Assembly (NCBI RefSeq): GCF_009914755.1
Contig: NC_060928.1
DNA: 64,000 bases
Reading direction: 5' to 3' (one strand)
DNA from: the human T2T-CHM13v2.0 reference genome, Homo sapiens
In this document: positions 28,961 through 43,199 of the stretch, piece by piece
Layout of the letters: each line of letters starts with the position of its first letter
Numbering within the stretch: position 1 is the stretch's first letter
The notes under the pieces: model-generated
The model's database searches: none
What the model saw: only the letters and a program-made list of their open reading frames with translations
What the model was told of the DNA's origin: nothing
Program-made: the position numbers and the translations under genes

Positions 28961-29505
28961 AGCAGCCTTTTAACTGGTCTCACTAGTTCTACTCATTTCT
29001 TGTTCAAACCATTTTCCACCCAGCAGTTGGAGTGATCTTTAAAATGTGTCTCTGTGTGTGTACCTGTATGTATGTATATGTGTGTTCAAACCTTTCAGTT
29101 ACTCAAATGTTCTTTTGAATAATTTGGTCCTCTACTTGTTATTTCTTAGAGTTTGTAAAATCTTCTCATACACATATTGTCATTTTCTCTTCCCATCATC
29201 CCAAACTACAGATAAAGAAATTGAAGCTTAAAAAAGGAAAAGGAGCTTTTCCTCACCCAGTGAAAAAGAAGCAGAATCTGCATTCATAGCTGCCTTTGCA
29301 CTCCAGAATCCAGTGACACTTCTCTGCTTTCAGTTCCTCAGACTCTTTCTTTTCCCATGATCTCGAGTCTTTGGCTATTTTTCTCTGAGTGTATCCTTTC
29401 TTCTGCATTTAGGTTTTTTTTTGTTTGTTTGTTTTTTTAAAAAAAAACTAAATATTATTATCCTTTTCTCAGAATGACCCTCCTAATTAATTCTTCCTTT
29501 CCTTA

Positions 29506-29815
29506 GCCATTATCCTCAGCAAACTAACGCAGGAACAGAAAACCAAACACCACATGTCCTCACTTGTAAGAGGGAGCTGAACAATGAGAACACATGGACA
29601 CAGGGAGGGGAACAACACACACTGGGGCCTGTCAGAGTGGGGGTGGGGGTGAGGTGAGGGACAGTATCAGGATAAATAGCTAATGCTTGCTGGGTTTAAT
29701 ACCTAGGTGATGGGTTGATAGGTGCAGAAAACCACCATGGTGCACATTTACCTATGTTACAAACCTGCACGTCCTGCACATGTATCCTGAAACTTAATAA
29801 AATAGAGTAAAAAAT
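29506..29815 (+). mobile_element. Short L1PA 3' end (L1PA8-11-like)
   Basis: gccattatcctcagcaaactaacgcaggaacagaaaaccaaacacc..ctgcacatgtatcctgaaactta plus A-rich tail. Confidence 0.88.
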
Positions 29816-30073
29816 ATATTCTTTTCCTTTTCTGGGCATTTTGCATAACATTGGCTTTCCAAGGCCTGTGTCTTCTGTCTCCTTCATTGTTAAAAAGCAG
29901 GCATATTCCTCCTTTGTGCATCTTTCACCTCTTTCTTCCAAGCATCCTCCCTCTGTGCTCCACTGTCCAAAAAAGCCTATAATGCATCTTTTTCTTTCTT
30001 TCTTCATCTCGCACTAAGTCTTGCCACATTCACTCTTCAGAGATAAATTAAGACCTTCAGAGACTTTACAGTA

Positions 30074-30650
30074 CATCAGGTCTTCAAAGAACGTAATTTT
30101 GTTCAATGTCCTTGCATTATAACGTTGATGAGAGAAAAGATTTAAAAAATCAGTTCCCTGCTGCGGCCACGCTGTGTGGAGCTTGCACCTTCTCTCCATG
30201 TTTGCATGAGTTTCTTCCCACATCCCAAAGATGTGCACATTGGATGACTTCGCATGTCCACATTGTCCTAGTCAGGGTGAGTGTGGGGGTGTGTGTGAGT
30301 GTGTCCTGTGGTGGGACAGTGTCCTGTCCTGGGCTGGTTCCTGCCTTGTGCCCTAATCAGTCTGGACAGACTTCAGCCATCTGAGACCCTAAACTGGAAT
30401 AATGGGGTAAATAGTTACCTTACCTGTTTTTATTAATGTTTCTTAAATGTATGTATAGATCACATTTGTTTAATGTTTAATATTAGAAGTGTTTTGATCT
30501 TTATTTACAATTTCGTGATGTTTTTGTGACCAGAAACATGCTATAGGAACCTCTTATTTTTGTCAATTAACCTATAGCAAAATTGTTTTCATTATATGTC
30601 ATGTTGCTTAAAGCCACAGTTTCTAAGAACTGGTTGACAATGTTAAGATC
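30074..30650 (+). mobile_element. MER6A-like TcMar-Tigger non-autonomous element
   Basis: ta|catcaggtcttcaaagaacg..tataacgttgatgag..tgtgtggagcttgcaccttctctccatgtttgc..cccacatcccaaagatgtgcac. Confidence 0.8.
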
Positions 30651-31096
30651 TTGGTGTTCCAATACCTAGCCCTGAGTGCATATAATTTAAAAAAAAAGCC
30701 TTATTAACAAGACTTAGTAACAAATCAAAATATATTTCAAAATGACACCAAATATAAATATATCTTGCCCTTAAAATATACTTTCTGTAGATTTTCTAAC
30801 TCTCTTTTTCTTTCCTCCTGTGATCACTGTTTCTCTGTTACTGCCTTCTGCTTAGTGGAGAACCTAGCCCTCTCTCCATTTATCCCCCAGGGGCCGTCTT
30901 TCAATTCCTGTGGATGTCCTTTCGCTGTGGAGCTTCATCTCTCCCACCCCTGCACTGTGTGTTCTTTCTTTTCTTGTAACTTTCTTCCGGAAGAAACTCT
31001 TCCTTGCTATATCAAGGGTTATATTTTCTAGCCCTTTGCAGAAAAAAAAGAATGCAGATTTTTGATCACGAAGCCCCAAACATTTCTCACTTGAAC

Positions 31097-31500
31097 TGTT
31101 ACGGAACAGCAGGAGTTGAGTTTAGGTCCCATTGCTCACCTAAGAGAAAACCAATCACTGAAACAATGAGCATTGTCAGGGAAGAAGGCTTTATTATTTT
31201 ACGGGTGACATCAGCCAGAGAGACAAGAGCCAAACCTCAAATCCATCCACCACTCCAGATTAAGGCCAGGGGTTTGCATAGCTGGGAGGAAAAACAGGAG
31301 GGGCAAAGAAGAGGAGTTGGTCAACAGACCGCAGGTGATTGAATGAGGGGGTCTCATTATAACCACATGCAGGAAAATGGGAATTAGGAATTGGTAAAGA
31401 GGAGGAATTGGTCAACATGCAGCAGGTGCATCTCATGTAAGTTTCTCAAGCATCAGTTTTATGGGCATCTACATTGCTGGAAAATTGGGCTGGTTTTAAA
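31097..31500 (-). mobile_element. MER31-like ERV1 solo LTR
   Basis: tgttacggaacagcagg..aaaccaatcactgaaacaatgagcattgtcagggaagaaggcttta..ctcaaatccatc. Confidence 0.7.
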
Positions 31501-31509
31501 ACCACGTTT

Positions 31510-32730
31510 TCTTCGAGGCACCTTAAAATCCATTATCCATAGCAACCAGGGTACTTTTAAACATGCAAACAGGGATAAGCCCTTCTATAGCCTCCCTTCA
31601 CACTTACAAGATAATTCAGCTCCAAGCCCCATTTTACAAGCCATATATGAACTATCCCTGACTACCTCTCCTGCATTTCCTTGCCCCACTCTTTTTCTCA
31701 GTCACTTTGGTTGGCTAAATAAGATAAGCTTGTTCCTGCCACAGGGCCTTTGAACTGGTTGTTTCCTCTACCTAGAATGTTCTCTCTCTTGTTCAGTAAA
31801 GGTCACCAGCTCCTGTTGTTATTTAGGTCTCAGCTCATATCTCTATCAGGGAGGGCTTCTCTTTGTACTGCCCCTAAAGGACTCACCCTTTTCCTTTCTG
31901 ACATATCAATTTATCACAATGCTCCAAAGAGTTCTCATCATTATCTTCATTTTTCTTGTTTGTTTATTTATGTCTTATGTTTGTTTATTTTATTTTTTCC
32001 CTGAGAATATTAGCTTCCTAAGGACAAGGACCTTTTTCTCTTCTTCACCGTTGTAGCACAGAGGCCTGCAATAGTACGTCTTACATGAATGACCACAAGG
32101 ACTTGATAAATTCTTCCTTTGCTGTTTATTTCATTGATTATAGTTTTACACATCAATTTTCCAGATTAGATCCCATAATGATGTCTATAAAGTCATATGT
32201 CTGCCTTATAATAACATCTGTGAATCCACATGATAATATATAAACATCTTAGAGTCTCCTCTACGTCGTTTCAATTTCTGAAAAGAACAATTATTTTTAA
32301 CTTCAATTTTCTTCTAGTTTTTCCACCTTAAACATGCTAGTGCCTTCACCTGGTTGGATAAATCAGAATAACATAATTATCCTCAATTCCTCTTTATTCA
32401 TCAATCCCCACATTAAGTCAGTCACCAAGTTCTATTGATTTTACCTCCCAAGTATGCTTCATATTCATGTATTCTTTCCAAGGCTAAAACCCCAGTCCAA
32501 TCTCTTGTTATTTCTTGCCTAGATTTCTGCAATGAACCACTCACTGATTTTACTATTAATACTTTTGCTTTTCCACAAACTTTATCCACACTACAATCAA
32601 AGAAATATTTCTAATATGCAAACAGAGTGCCACTGTCTTATATTTGGCCCTGGAGTGCTTTCCTATCATTAGGATAAAGTCCCAGGTCCTCAAAATGAAT
32701 AAAAGGCCCTGACTTCTTGGTCACTGCAAC
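31510..32730 (+). mobile_element. L2 LINE fragments
   Basis: gttcctgccacagggcctttgaactggttgtttcctctacctagaatgttct..tttaggtctcagctc; cagtcaccaagttctattgattttacctcc. Confidence 0.65.
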
Positions 32731-33339
32731 ATCTGTTGCTGCTTCTTCAATTTAAATGGTGATGTTGTGTTCTTCCTGGCAGGTGCTATTCTTGAAATGA
32801 TGTTAAGAACAACGCAGAGAGAAAGTTGGCAATGCTATTCTGTTTTATAGATGGGAAAAGCAAGGACCGTTGCATGAACAGGTTTGGCCAAGGTCACGTA
32901 ACTGGGAATGATCCTTAATTTCTCTTTCTCAGTCCCTGCATTCAGACAGTTATCAAATTCTATTGATTTTACATCAATGCCTCACACAGTTAAAAAGTAG
33001 CAGCACTAGGAACCAAATCTCCTGATTCTTAGACCATGTTTCATTTTCATTTTACTATAACATGATTTTTTCCCCTCCCCCATCATGTCCGATCCAGGAC
33101 ACCCAAAGGTTGTTGGTGCTAATCAGGTTCTAGTTTATTTGCAGATTAAGAAAAAATTCGGAAATATTTCTAAAATATTTCTGTAGTGTTAAAAGGTTAT
33201 GGAAAAAATTTGAGGAAATGTCAAGTTATCTGCAGGCTGAGGATCTTCCTCATGACTCTGATCATATTTATTGACTTTTTGCATTGTATCAGGCACTATC
33301 CTAAGAGGATAAAATATAATAAATAATACCTTTTAGGTA

Positions 33340-33570
33340 ATATTTATTGAGGTTTTTCAATGTGACAGGCATATTTCTTTGCATTTTCTGGATCTTATTC
33401 AATTCTCTCAGCAACTCTATGATGTAAGTACTATTATTATCCCCGTATGACAGATGAGGAAACTGAGGCACAGAGAGGTTAAGAAATTTGCTAAAAATCT
33501 CACAAGAAATGAAAGAACTCTGGTATTAACTCAGCCAGTTGGTCTCTAGAGCCCATGATTTTACTCATAA
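33340..33570 (-). mobile_element. MIR SINE
   Basis: tattattatccccgtatgacagatgaggaaactgaggcacagagaggttaagaaatttgc. Confidence 0.8.
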
Positions 33571-34129
33571 GATTGTGGGGCTCTCTTCTGGAATTCCTTT
33601 TTATAAGGGTTTTACAGTTGGCGTAGAAGAGAGGCCCGTAAACATAAGACAGTGTGATAAGTGCTATGATCTATTCAACATCTCTTGCTGGTGACCTCTA
33701 TATGGTACATATTTTGTGATGTGCTTTCACTTACATAGTGTAGGGCAAGGGATCTGAATTCAGAAGTTACAGTTTTATTAATTGTGTCACTTTGGAAGAG
33801 TTATTTGAACTTTCCGAACCACGGTTTTCTTATAAATAAAAGATACCAATATCTATTTCAAAGTTTTAAATATTTAATATATATGAAATAGGCTGCACAT
33901 AGTAGGCCAATCTGAAAACTTATATGAGTTAAAGGAATGTTAATGAAATAGCTATGTATAAAGTGTCAGGTGAGAATAAAGGAAGAAATTATTAACTTTG
34001 CCTAAGGAGTGGGGAATGTTCCCCACGGTCAATGGAACACTTGAGTTGAAACATGTCTAAGGATTATTTAGACTGAAAGATTTCTATCAGGATCCAGATT
34101 TTTCTCTGGGAAAACACCTTTTCCTCCAG

Positions 34130-34385
34130 ATGTGTATACTTCATCTCATGTAGACCTGGTTGCTACTGACATTCATCTTGTTACCTCCAGATGAGCCCCC
34201 CCAGATACTGAAATTACAAAAGGCAAAGGAGAGAGATGGCAAGAAAGTGGGCCCTTGATAATGTCAAGAAGCCACTGGTTCAACCAGATATGAATCCTGT
34301 GAACCTCAACTTTCCAATCCATGAGCCAATACATATGCTTCACTGTGGAAGTCCATTTGAGCTGAGTTTTTGTTACTCGCAACTG
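34130..34385 (+). mobile_element. Old MLT1 LTR 3' fragment
   Basis: atgagccaatacat..ccatttgagctgagtttttgttactcgcaactga. Confidence 0.5.
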
Positions 34386-35333
34386 ACCCCCTTCAAATGG
34401 CAGAGAGTTCTATAGGAGGGCTGCATTACAAGGCTTGCAGAGAGATAGGAGGGAGCATGATGAGTTTGGAAATATTTCATTGAGAAATAAGGCCAGAAGG
34501 TGGGTCACTGCCAGCTTTTCAAGGGCATTGACTTCCATTTTAATGAGCTTGGACTCAAGCCTGTAGGCAGTGGGGAGCAACAGTTTTTGAGCAGAGAAGT
34601 GACATGATGAGATTTGCATTTTAGAAATGTGACTCTGGCTTGAAGTTGAGTTTGGATGGGAGTACAGAAGGCTGAAAGCAGAGAAAGGAGTTAAGAGATA
34701 ACCACAATGGCATGGAGTAAGGGGTTACTGAACTTGGACAATGGCAGTGGGGAGAGGGAGGTAAGGATCTGGTCTCATTTTCTTTGGACACACCTTGTTA
34801 TTATGTACTCACTGTTATGGATTCTCCTCAGCTCTTAATTCTGGGTTCACAGATGCCTCGCCAGTCACAGCTGCAGACTGGCAGACGGGAGAGTCTTGCT
34901 CTGCAGGTGCACTCACTGCAGAGCCTTCAAAATCCAGAATGCAAGGCCCAGGAGCCTTCCAACTTTTCATATTCCCTGGCTGTTCTTATTCCTGTATCAT
35001 GGCGATGTTCTTCTGCTAGACATTAACAAGTGGTACCAAACTTTGTGGTCATCACAGAGCATAGATCAGAAAGCTGCTTCAAATATCCTTCTGAATTCAT
35101 AGACGATTCCCTCAGCTCCTTCTCTTGCAGGCAGGAGATGCCCCAGCATGGAATATCAAAATGTTCTTATGAAATTCATGTGTATTGCCTCTTGTTTCTG
35201 TAACAGAAAACCTCCAACAGGTTACTGTGGAGTTAATTTTGCCTCCTACTCTTCTGAGATCTTTTCAGTAAGAGGGATGTGGGAATTGTATGGGAACAGA
35301 GATATATAAACAGATGCATAAACAGTTGCGTGG

Positions 35334-35599
35334 TTTTTGTTTGTTTGTTTGTTTTGAGATGAAGTCTCATTCTGTTGCCCAGGCTGGAGTGCAATGGCAA
35401 GATCTTGGCTCACTGCAACTCATCTGCCCCCCGGGTTCAAGTGATTCTCCTGCCTCAGCCTCCCCAGTATCTGGGATTACAGGTGCCTGCCACTACGCCT
35501 GGCTAATTTTTGTATTTTTAGCAGAGATGGGGTTTCACCATCTTGGTCAGGCTGGTCTTGAACTCCTGACCTCATGATCCACCCACCTCAGCCTCCCAG
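35334..35599 (-). mobile_element. AluS lacking its 5' end
   Basis: Reverse Alu from a (TTTG)n tail to cctcagcctccca. Confidence 0.92.
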
Positions 35600-37591
35600 G
35601 TGTTTAGTTTTTAGGTATATACTTAAAGAGAAAAAAAGCAGGCTCTCATGTCCAGTCTTTCTGGCACTATGCTCTCATTTGCTGTATGCAGTTTGGTGCA
35701 AATTGGAATGGACGATTAAACATCTGTTAATAGGACCAGGGAAGAGTTATAACTCCACAGTTCCATGTGTACATACCATCCATGTTGTGCTAGTCTTCTG
35801 CTCAACTACAAAGTCATAGCTAGAATCACTTGGGGGGTTATGAATCTAGGCCAGGCAAACTCAGTTCCATTCCTTGGCCACCACTGCCACCACCACCACA
35901 ACCACAAATCAAACTCTTTCCTTTTCCTTACCATGAATGGATGGGGCAATTATATTATTATGTAAAATTTTTGTATTATAATGTAGGAAAGAACCTTAGA
36001 AAGCATCTACTGTAAAATTACTAGTTTGTGATATTAGAAACTGTCCCAAAGTGTGGAGCTAACACCTACCACAAAGGAGACAAGTCAGTTCCCTATTTGT
36101 AAGATGGAAATGATTATAGTATCTACCTCTAATGGCTGTTTGAGGATTAAATAAATTAATATATGTAAAGCACTTCAAATGCTGCTGGCACATATTAAAT
36201 ATCAAATTGCTTGTTACTATGATATGATTGTTTGGAGATTCAGGTTTGCTGTCAACATGCAGCATGGGTAGGCTGGCTGGCTGCCTGGATGCTGAACTGG
36301 TAGAACTAAGCCAAGTTTCCTGCTTTAGAAAACAGGCAGTTATGAGTTTGTCAGGGCAAGGGAGTGGCGAATATGTTCTATGAATCCATGTGGCTACACG
36401 GAAGACAGATTTTCATGGAGGGATCTTAAGTCTTGTGCAAAAGAGGCTAGCAGATACTAGTAGAGAAAAGCTGGAGGTACTACTGGATTCCTAGAAACTG
36501 AGGAAGGGAGTAAGAAAATCAGCTGAAATAGAGACACATTCACCCTGTCAAAGGAACTGCAGGTGAGATCCCTAGTGATAGAAGGATAGAAGGATGAAAG
36601 CATCACACTTGCTTATTTCAGCTGAGTTTCTTACTCCTTTCCATCATAATGGCTACATAATTAGCAAATATTCACTGAACGTTACTACATGCCAGACACT
36701 GTTCTGATGCTGAGAGTGTAGTAGAAGACAAAGACAAACCTCTGCTCTCTTGGGAATTTGATTCTACAGGGGAAAATAGATGGCAAATTAATAAAGAAAT
36801 GATTGCATAAATAACAGGTGTGATGTGAGATTATTAAGTGCTAGTAAAAAACAGAAGCATAAGAAGAAGGGAGAATGTGTGGAGGGAGCAGAAGGGACTT
36901 CTGATTGCTTCTATTTTCTCAGAGCACTTGGAAGTGACGGCATGGAAGTGGGTAAGGAGGAGGCAGCGGCTGTTGGAGTTTTAAAGGGAAGGTATAAAAT
37001 TGTTACCTGGAATCATGGGAGAGAAAACAGAATTGGGACTTGTAGTAGGATTGCCGGCCCAGCTTTGGAGACCCTCTTGAGAGCTGTGGTAATGATTACA
37101 GAATGACATGAATGAGCATGTGTGTGTTTCTGTATGTCAGTTGAATTATCTTGGTGCAGGTACACAGAAAGTGGAGAGTTAAATTTATTCAGAGTTGGGG
37201 TTTGCCCAGGGTATCATGAAGGAGGAAGAGAGGGGAAAGGACGTCAACCTGTTTGCAAAGAACCATGGAATCTAAGTTGGATATAAAAGGGAATAAGGGC
37301 AAGAGAAGAGTGAATGCTAGGATCAGTGCTTGACTGTCCCCTGTGGGGTTTATTATTTGCTTGACTCACACAAGAGTGAGTGAGTTATACAAAGAGGAAT
37401 GGAGGATGAGGAGAGGAAACTTAAAATGAGGATTATAGCAATGACAAAGTCTAGGAAATATCTTGAGAATTGAGTGCCTAAAGTTGGGTGGAAAACATCA
37501 TGAAAAAAAGAGGTCAAGAAATCTCTGACCTGTAAGCTAGAGCAATAAAAGCAATAAAAGAACTATTTGGATATTGAAAGCCATCAAAAAT

Positions 37592-38192
37592 TGTTGGATG
37601 CTGAAAGAGGGTCATGATCAACTCAGTATATCACTGGAGGCTATATGAGTAAGCAGCAAATTGTTTCTCATAAAGGCAGAATGTTGGCAGACTGACAAAC
37701 TGCATCTGCCACCCAGAAGGGATACTGAGGGCAGTCACACCCCAAGCGCAATGTTTCTTGTAATTAGGCAAATCTGAAGCCTGTTAGCAATAACGTGAAC
37801 CTGTGATCAATCAAGCAGCTGAGCAATCATTACCTCCTCCTCTCCTGCTCATTCTATCCAATAAATACAAAGGGCTGTGGAAGTTTGAGGGCGCCTTTCC
37901 TCACTAGAAGCAGGAAGCTCTCTTCTTCCCCTGGACCCTTCCTTTAAAGCAGTTTGTTTTGTCTTAAGTTTTCATTTCTGCATTTGTCCTCATTTGTTCA
38001 GTCCTGTAATGATGATCTCAAGTAGTAACAGTAGTAACTCTCCTAATGACAGTCTCAAGTAGTAACAGTAATAGCTGTTGTAATGGTCTCAAGTAGTAAC
38101 AGCAGTAATGTAACTGTCGTAATGATGGTCTTAAGTAGTAAGAACAGTAACTGTCGTAGTGACAGTCTCAAGTAGTAAGCGTGGAAGTCACA
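37592..38192 (+). mobile_element. ERV solo LTR, LTR3B-like (ERVK / HML-6)
   Basis: TG..CA ends with TSD aaaat (37587-37591, 38193-38197); gatcaactcagtatatcactggaggctatatgagtaag matches my recollection of LTR3B. Confidence 0.75.
38005..38180 (+). repeat. Five-copy ~35-39 bp tandem repeat inside the LTR
   Basis: Core tctcaagtagtaa recurs five times (once as tcttaagtagtaa) in units of the form taatgacggtctcaagtagtaacagtagtaactgtcg. Confidence 0.9.
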
Positions 38193-38928
38193 AAAATCAT
38201 GACAGGAGTGATACCAGAGACTAATAAGGATCATGGTATTGTCAAAAAGTGAGAAAGAGTGACTAAAGATCAGATTATAATGGAAGGTAGTAGTAGCAGT
38301 ATAGACTAATAGAATTAAATTTGAAACTGGGAGTTTCAGTGAGAGGAAAGAGTAATGGTCTAGAAGTGGCTAGGATGTGTAAGGATGACACCCTACTTCT
38401 TGGTTCATTGGTATAAAAAAAATGGGAGAGAAAGGGGCCACTTCTTAAGAAAGCTATGAGAAAAACAATGTCTTCAGCATAGAGTAAGGTTTCAGTTAGT
38501 GTAAGTCAGGGAAATGGAGGAGAATGGAGATAACGGGTGGGGGAAGTTGCTGAAGATGGACTGTGAGTTCTACAAGACTTGTGAGGAGGAGTGGGAGATG
38601 GGGTCAGATTAGAAGATGTAAATAATTTTATGGTGATAAAAGATGACCTAGGAGATGGGGCTTCTGGTATTGACTGACATAAATATGGTAGTAGAATAAG
38701 ATCAGCCTAGTCTTGATATCCTGGTTTAGGCTGATCATGGCAGTGAGGTTGCTGGGCAGGAAGGAATGGAGGTCTTGCTGGAAGAATTTACAGTCTGCTA
38801 AGTGCCATGGTCAAAAGAATGTGATAATTATACAAGGTAGGGCTGGACTGGACCCTTGCACATCTGAAGCAAGTAAGTTTCATCATACATACACCCAATT
38901 CAATCAGTTAGAATAGCTGCTTGGTGTC

Positions 38929-39274
38929 TGTATTAGTCCATTTTCATGCTGCTGATAAAGACATACCTTTGGGAAGAAAAAGAGGTTTAATTGGATTTAC
39001 AGTTCCACATAGCTTGGGAGGCCTCAGAATCATGGTGGGAGGTAAAAGGTACTTCTTACATGGTGGTAGGCAAGAGAAAATGAAGAAGAAGCAAAAGCAG
39101 AACCCCCGATAAACCCGTCAGATCTCGTGAGACTTACTATCATGAGAATAGCATGGGAAAGATCAGCCTCCATGATTCAATTACCTCCCCGTGGGTCCCT
39201 CCCACAACATGTGGAAATTCTGGGAGATACAATTCAAGTTGAGATTTGGGTGGGGACACAGACAAACCATATCA
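38929..39274 (-). mobile_element. THE1A-like solo LTR
   Basis: tgtattagtccattttcatgctgctgataaagacatacc..caaaccatatca; perfect TSD gtgtc (38924-38928, 39275-39279). Confidence 0.92.
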
Positions 39275-39609
39275 GTGTCTTAGAGTGAGAAAGGGCTGAA
39301 ATGGATTCATGAGATCAACATGGACACAGGAAGAAGAGTAGTTTACAAGCTTCAAGAGGGTCACCTCTTATTTTCATATTTTAAAAATAGAGATACAGAA
39401 AGGTCAGTGGTTTACTCAAAATCACACTATTTAGTGAGAGGGTCAGAACCACTCCACCAGGGAATACATAAAAACCCTATTTAGATAGTTCTCATTATCA
39501 AATAAATGCAATTTTATATCCATGTTCAGTTGGTGACAGTTAGTAATATAGATACTGAGTTTTGGCTTTGCCACCTATTGGCTGTGTTTTTCTGGGCAAT
39601 TTATTTGAC

Positions 39610-40031
39610 TGCACATCAGTTTAGGCTCCCCAAGATGAGATTAGATGTATGCTAGAGATTTATTTGAGGGAATTGCCTTTGATTAATAAAGTGGTAAGGA
39701 GCAGGAGGAGGCAGGGGAGCAAATGCAAGCCTGACATTTGTGAAAGAAGAGAGGGAAGGAAGTAGAATTGAGTAGAAGGAACCTCAGATTGTGGTGCAGC
39801 TCTAAGTGAAGATGACCTTCAGATGGATCCTGCACTGGGAAGGAGTGGGCTCTAGGGTCCCTGCTCTGCTCAGTCACTGGCTGGGAGCAACCAGGGAAAC
39901 CATGGGTTTGAGGTGTAAATATCCCCAAGAGTTTGGGGAACCTGAGAGCTTAGCAGCTGGAAGCTGTCAGCCAACTACTTGCAGCAGATCCTCTTAGAGG
40001 AAAATAAAAGCAGTGCACTTCATGGTCAGCA
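39610..40031 (-). mobile_element. LTR16 (C-like, ERVL) solo LTR
   Basis: gctcagtcactggctgggagcaacc..gcagctggaagctgtcagccaact. Confidence 0.7.
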
Positions 40032-40066
40032 TGGTTCTAAGCCATTTAAAATGTATAATTTAAAAT

Positions 40067-40804
<738 letters not shown>

Positions 40805-41639
40805 AAGACTGTTTACTCTTACAGAGAAATGGACCACACTTCACTTTGGCTCACTGTGATCTGAGAAAGCAAAGAGCCCTTGGGACAGGATTAAAAGCAT
40901 AATCACAACTTGTGACAATGAGTTTTTAACAGGGATGACTTTGTGGCCCTTCTCTCACTAGTGACCGCACTTCCTGCAGACAACTGCCTCCTAGCAGAGC
41001 TGTCCTTGAAATACGACTTCCAATTTGTAATGCTGGTCCCCACCTTTCACATCTCACCAAATTTGGTCAGGCTCTTACAGACTCTCACTTTGATACCTTT
41101 ATTTTTCTTTCTTTCCTCTTTTTTTTTTTTTTTTTGAGGAAAGGAGGAAGGAAAAAGGGAAAAGAAAATATTAGATTAAAAATAACAGTCATCCCTTGGG
41201 CCCTCAGTGAGGGAAGAAAAGAGAACACAGGCTTAATTAGTCCACAAGCAATTTGGAAGAGAGAGGGGGATGGAGTCACTGACAGTGAGCTGTCTCAGGG
41301 ACTGTTGTGGATTACTGAGGAACATGTTGTTATTTCCTTGTCTGCAGATGTTTAAAATACTAAAAAACATCTATCTCCCTTTGTCCCCAGCATAAAACCT
41401 TTGCTTCAGCCGAAGTGATGACTTCTACCATGACAATATACTTTCTGGCAGTTCTGGTGGGCAGTTTCCCTTGCTACCTTTCTATTTTTGCTTATTTGTT
41501 TGTTCCCTTAAATAGATGTTTGTATCCCAAACAATGCCTGGCATACAGAAGGAGGAGCTCCATGAAGAGGTTTTCAACAAACTTCTCATTGCTGGCTGCC
41601 ATTGTCTCTTCTTGGCATACTTGGATAACCTGGAGTTTG

Positions 41640-41880
41640 TTTAGAGCACTAATGGAGTGCGCAGGTTCTGGTATTGGACTGACTGGCTTTGGATGTTGGC
41701 ACTACCACTTAGGCTCTGTATGATTTTAGGCAATTTACTTTGGTTACAAATAAAGATAATATTATTCAGTCTCTGAAGAGATTGATGTGAGGAATAAATC
41801 AGATACTTCCTGTGACATGCTTAGAAAATGCAAGACACATAATACGCTGGGTTGGTAGATGTTAGCTACTAACATTATTG
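41640..41880 (+). mobile_element. MIR SINE
   Basis: ctgtatgattttaggcaatttactt..gatgtgaggaataaatcagata. Confidence 0.5.
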
Positions 41881-43199
41881 ACTGTCTGGTCTTGTTTTTT
41901 ATCCATTCTACTCTTATCTCTCCTAGTAGAAATTTATGCTTCTTGAGAGCAAAGACTGCATTTTAGATATATTTAATACTTACAAAGCAAACACACACAC
42001 ATACAAACAAGCAAATGCCATTAACCAATAGATAGATGTATGGATTTAGTGCTTCAAATGTGTCATATAAAGTAGTAATATGTAAATCCAGTTTTTGAAT
42101 AACCCAATATGTTTTGCAAGACATATATAGAGATGAAAATTAAAAAAAACCTTTGAGCAAAGAGTGGTAGTGTTTATTAAAATGTAATCTCCATGAGGGC
42201 AAGACTGTGTTCTCTAGAATAGAGAATGGGCACACAGTAGGCATTTCATAAATACTAATGGAATGGGTGATTAAAAAAATTAGCACTAGGAAATGCCAGA
42301 AATTCTGCCTATGTTTATTAACTTAACTCTCACAATACTATAAGACATAGTTGTCGCTGTGTTAGTTAAGAACTGAGGTTGGCCGTGAGTTGAGACTTAA
42401 CTATAACAATGTAAACAAAAAAAGCCTATTTTTATAAACTAATGTAATGAGGAGTCTAAGTTTCACTGGCTGTAGTTTAATGGTTCATTGTTCAGAACCA
42501 AGGTCTCTGAAATTCTTTGTTTTTCATTACGGTCCTAAGGTGGTTGCTGCAGCTCCCGCTAGCACACTCTTGTTATAAATTAGAAAGGAAAAAGAACAGA
42601 AGAGCACTTTTCCCACCTGGGGCAGTCCCCTTTAAGGAGGTTTCCTTGAAAACCATGTTTTTAAAGAACTTTTACCCATATCCAATTGGCTATACTCATT
42701 TGCAAATGGAAAAGATAGAGGGCTTTTCTTTTTCCTCCTCCTCCCTTTTCTCCTCCTCTTCTTCCTCCTTTTTCTCACCTGGTCACGTTGTTACTCCTAA
42801 CAAAAACATGGTTCTATCATGAAGGAGGAAGAAACTGGTTATTGAATAGGTACCAATAGTCTCTGTCATCTTCTTCATTTTATAGATGTAGGAAACTCAG
42901 GCTCAGCCCCATAGAGGTTTTATATATTGGTTTTACTGCAGCTTTTGAGGATTTGATTTATCACATCACAGTGTCTTCTTTGGAGGACCTGCAGAACAAA
43001 ACCCTCTTGGTAGTGATTCTTGAGTAGTCAGCAGCTTGTTGAAGTTGTAGATGGTGCAAATAGTTTTGTGTCTGTCTTTACTTATACCCACTGCTAAGAA
43101 GTCCCAGAAAGTGAGGAGGTCTGTGTATGACAACCATTGGAGAATATTCTACTATGACTTTTTCTTTTCCAAAATTTCCCTGCTATCCTACATGCATTT

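Noticed and set aside
34859-34924. Two adjacent small hairpins (gccagtc/gactggc; gctctgcag/ctgcagagc) as a possible ncRNA
   Set aside because: Stems of only 7-9 bp are expected by chance, with no tRNA, snoRNA or miRNA hallmarks
38005-38180. Regularly spaced repeat resembling a CRISPR array
   Set aside because: The intervening sequences resemble each other rather than being unique spacers, the array lies inside a retroviral LTR in mammalian DNA, and there are no cas genes
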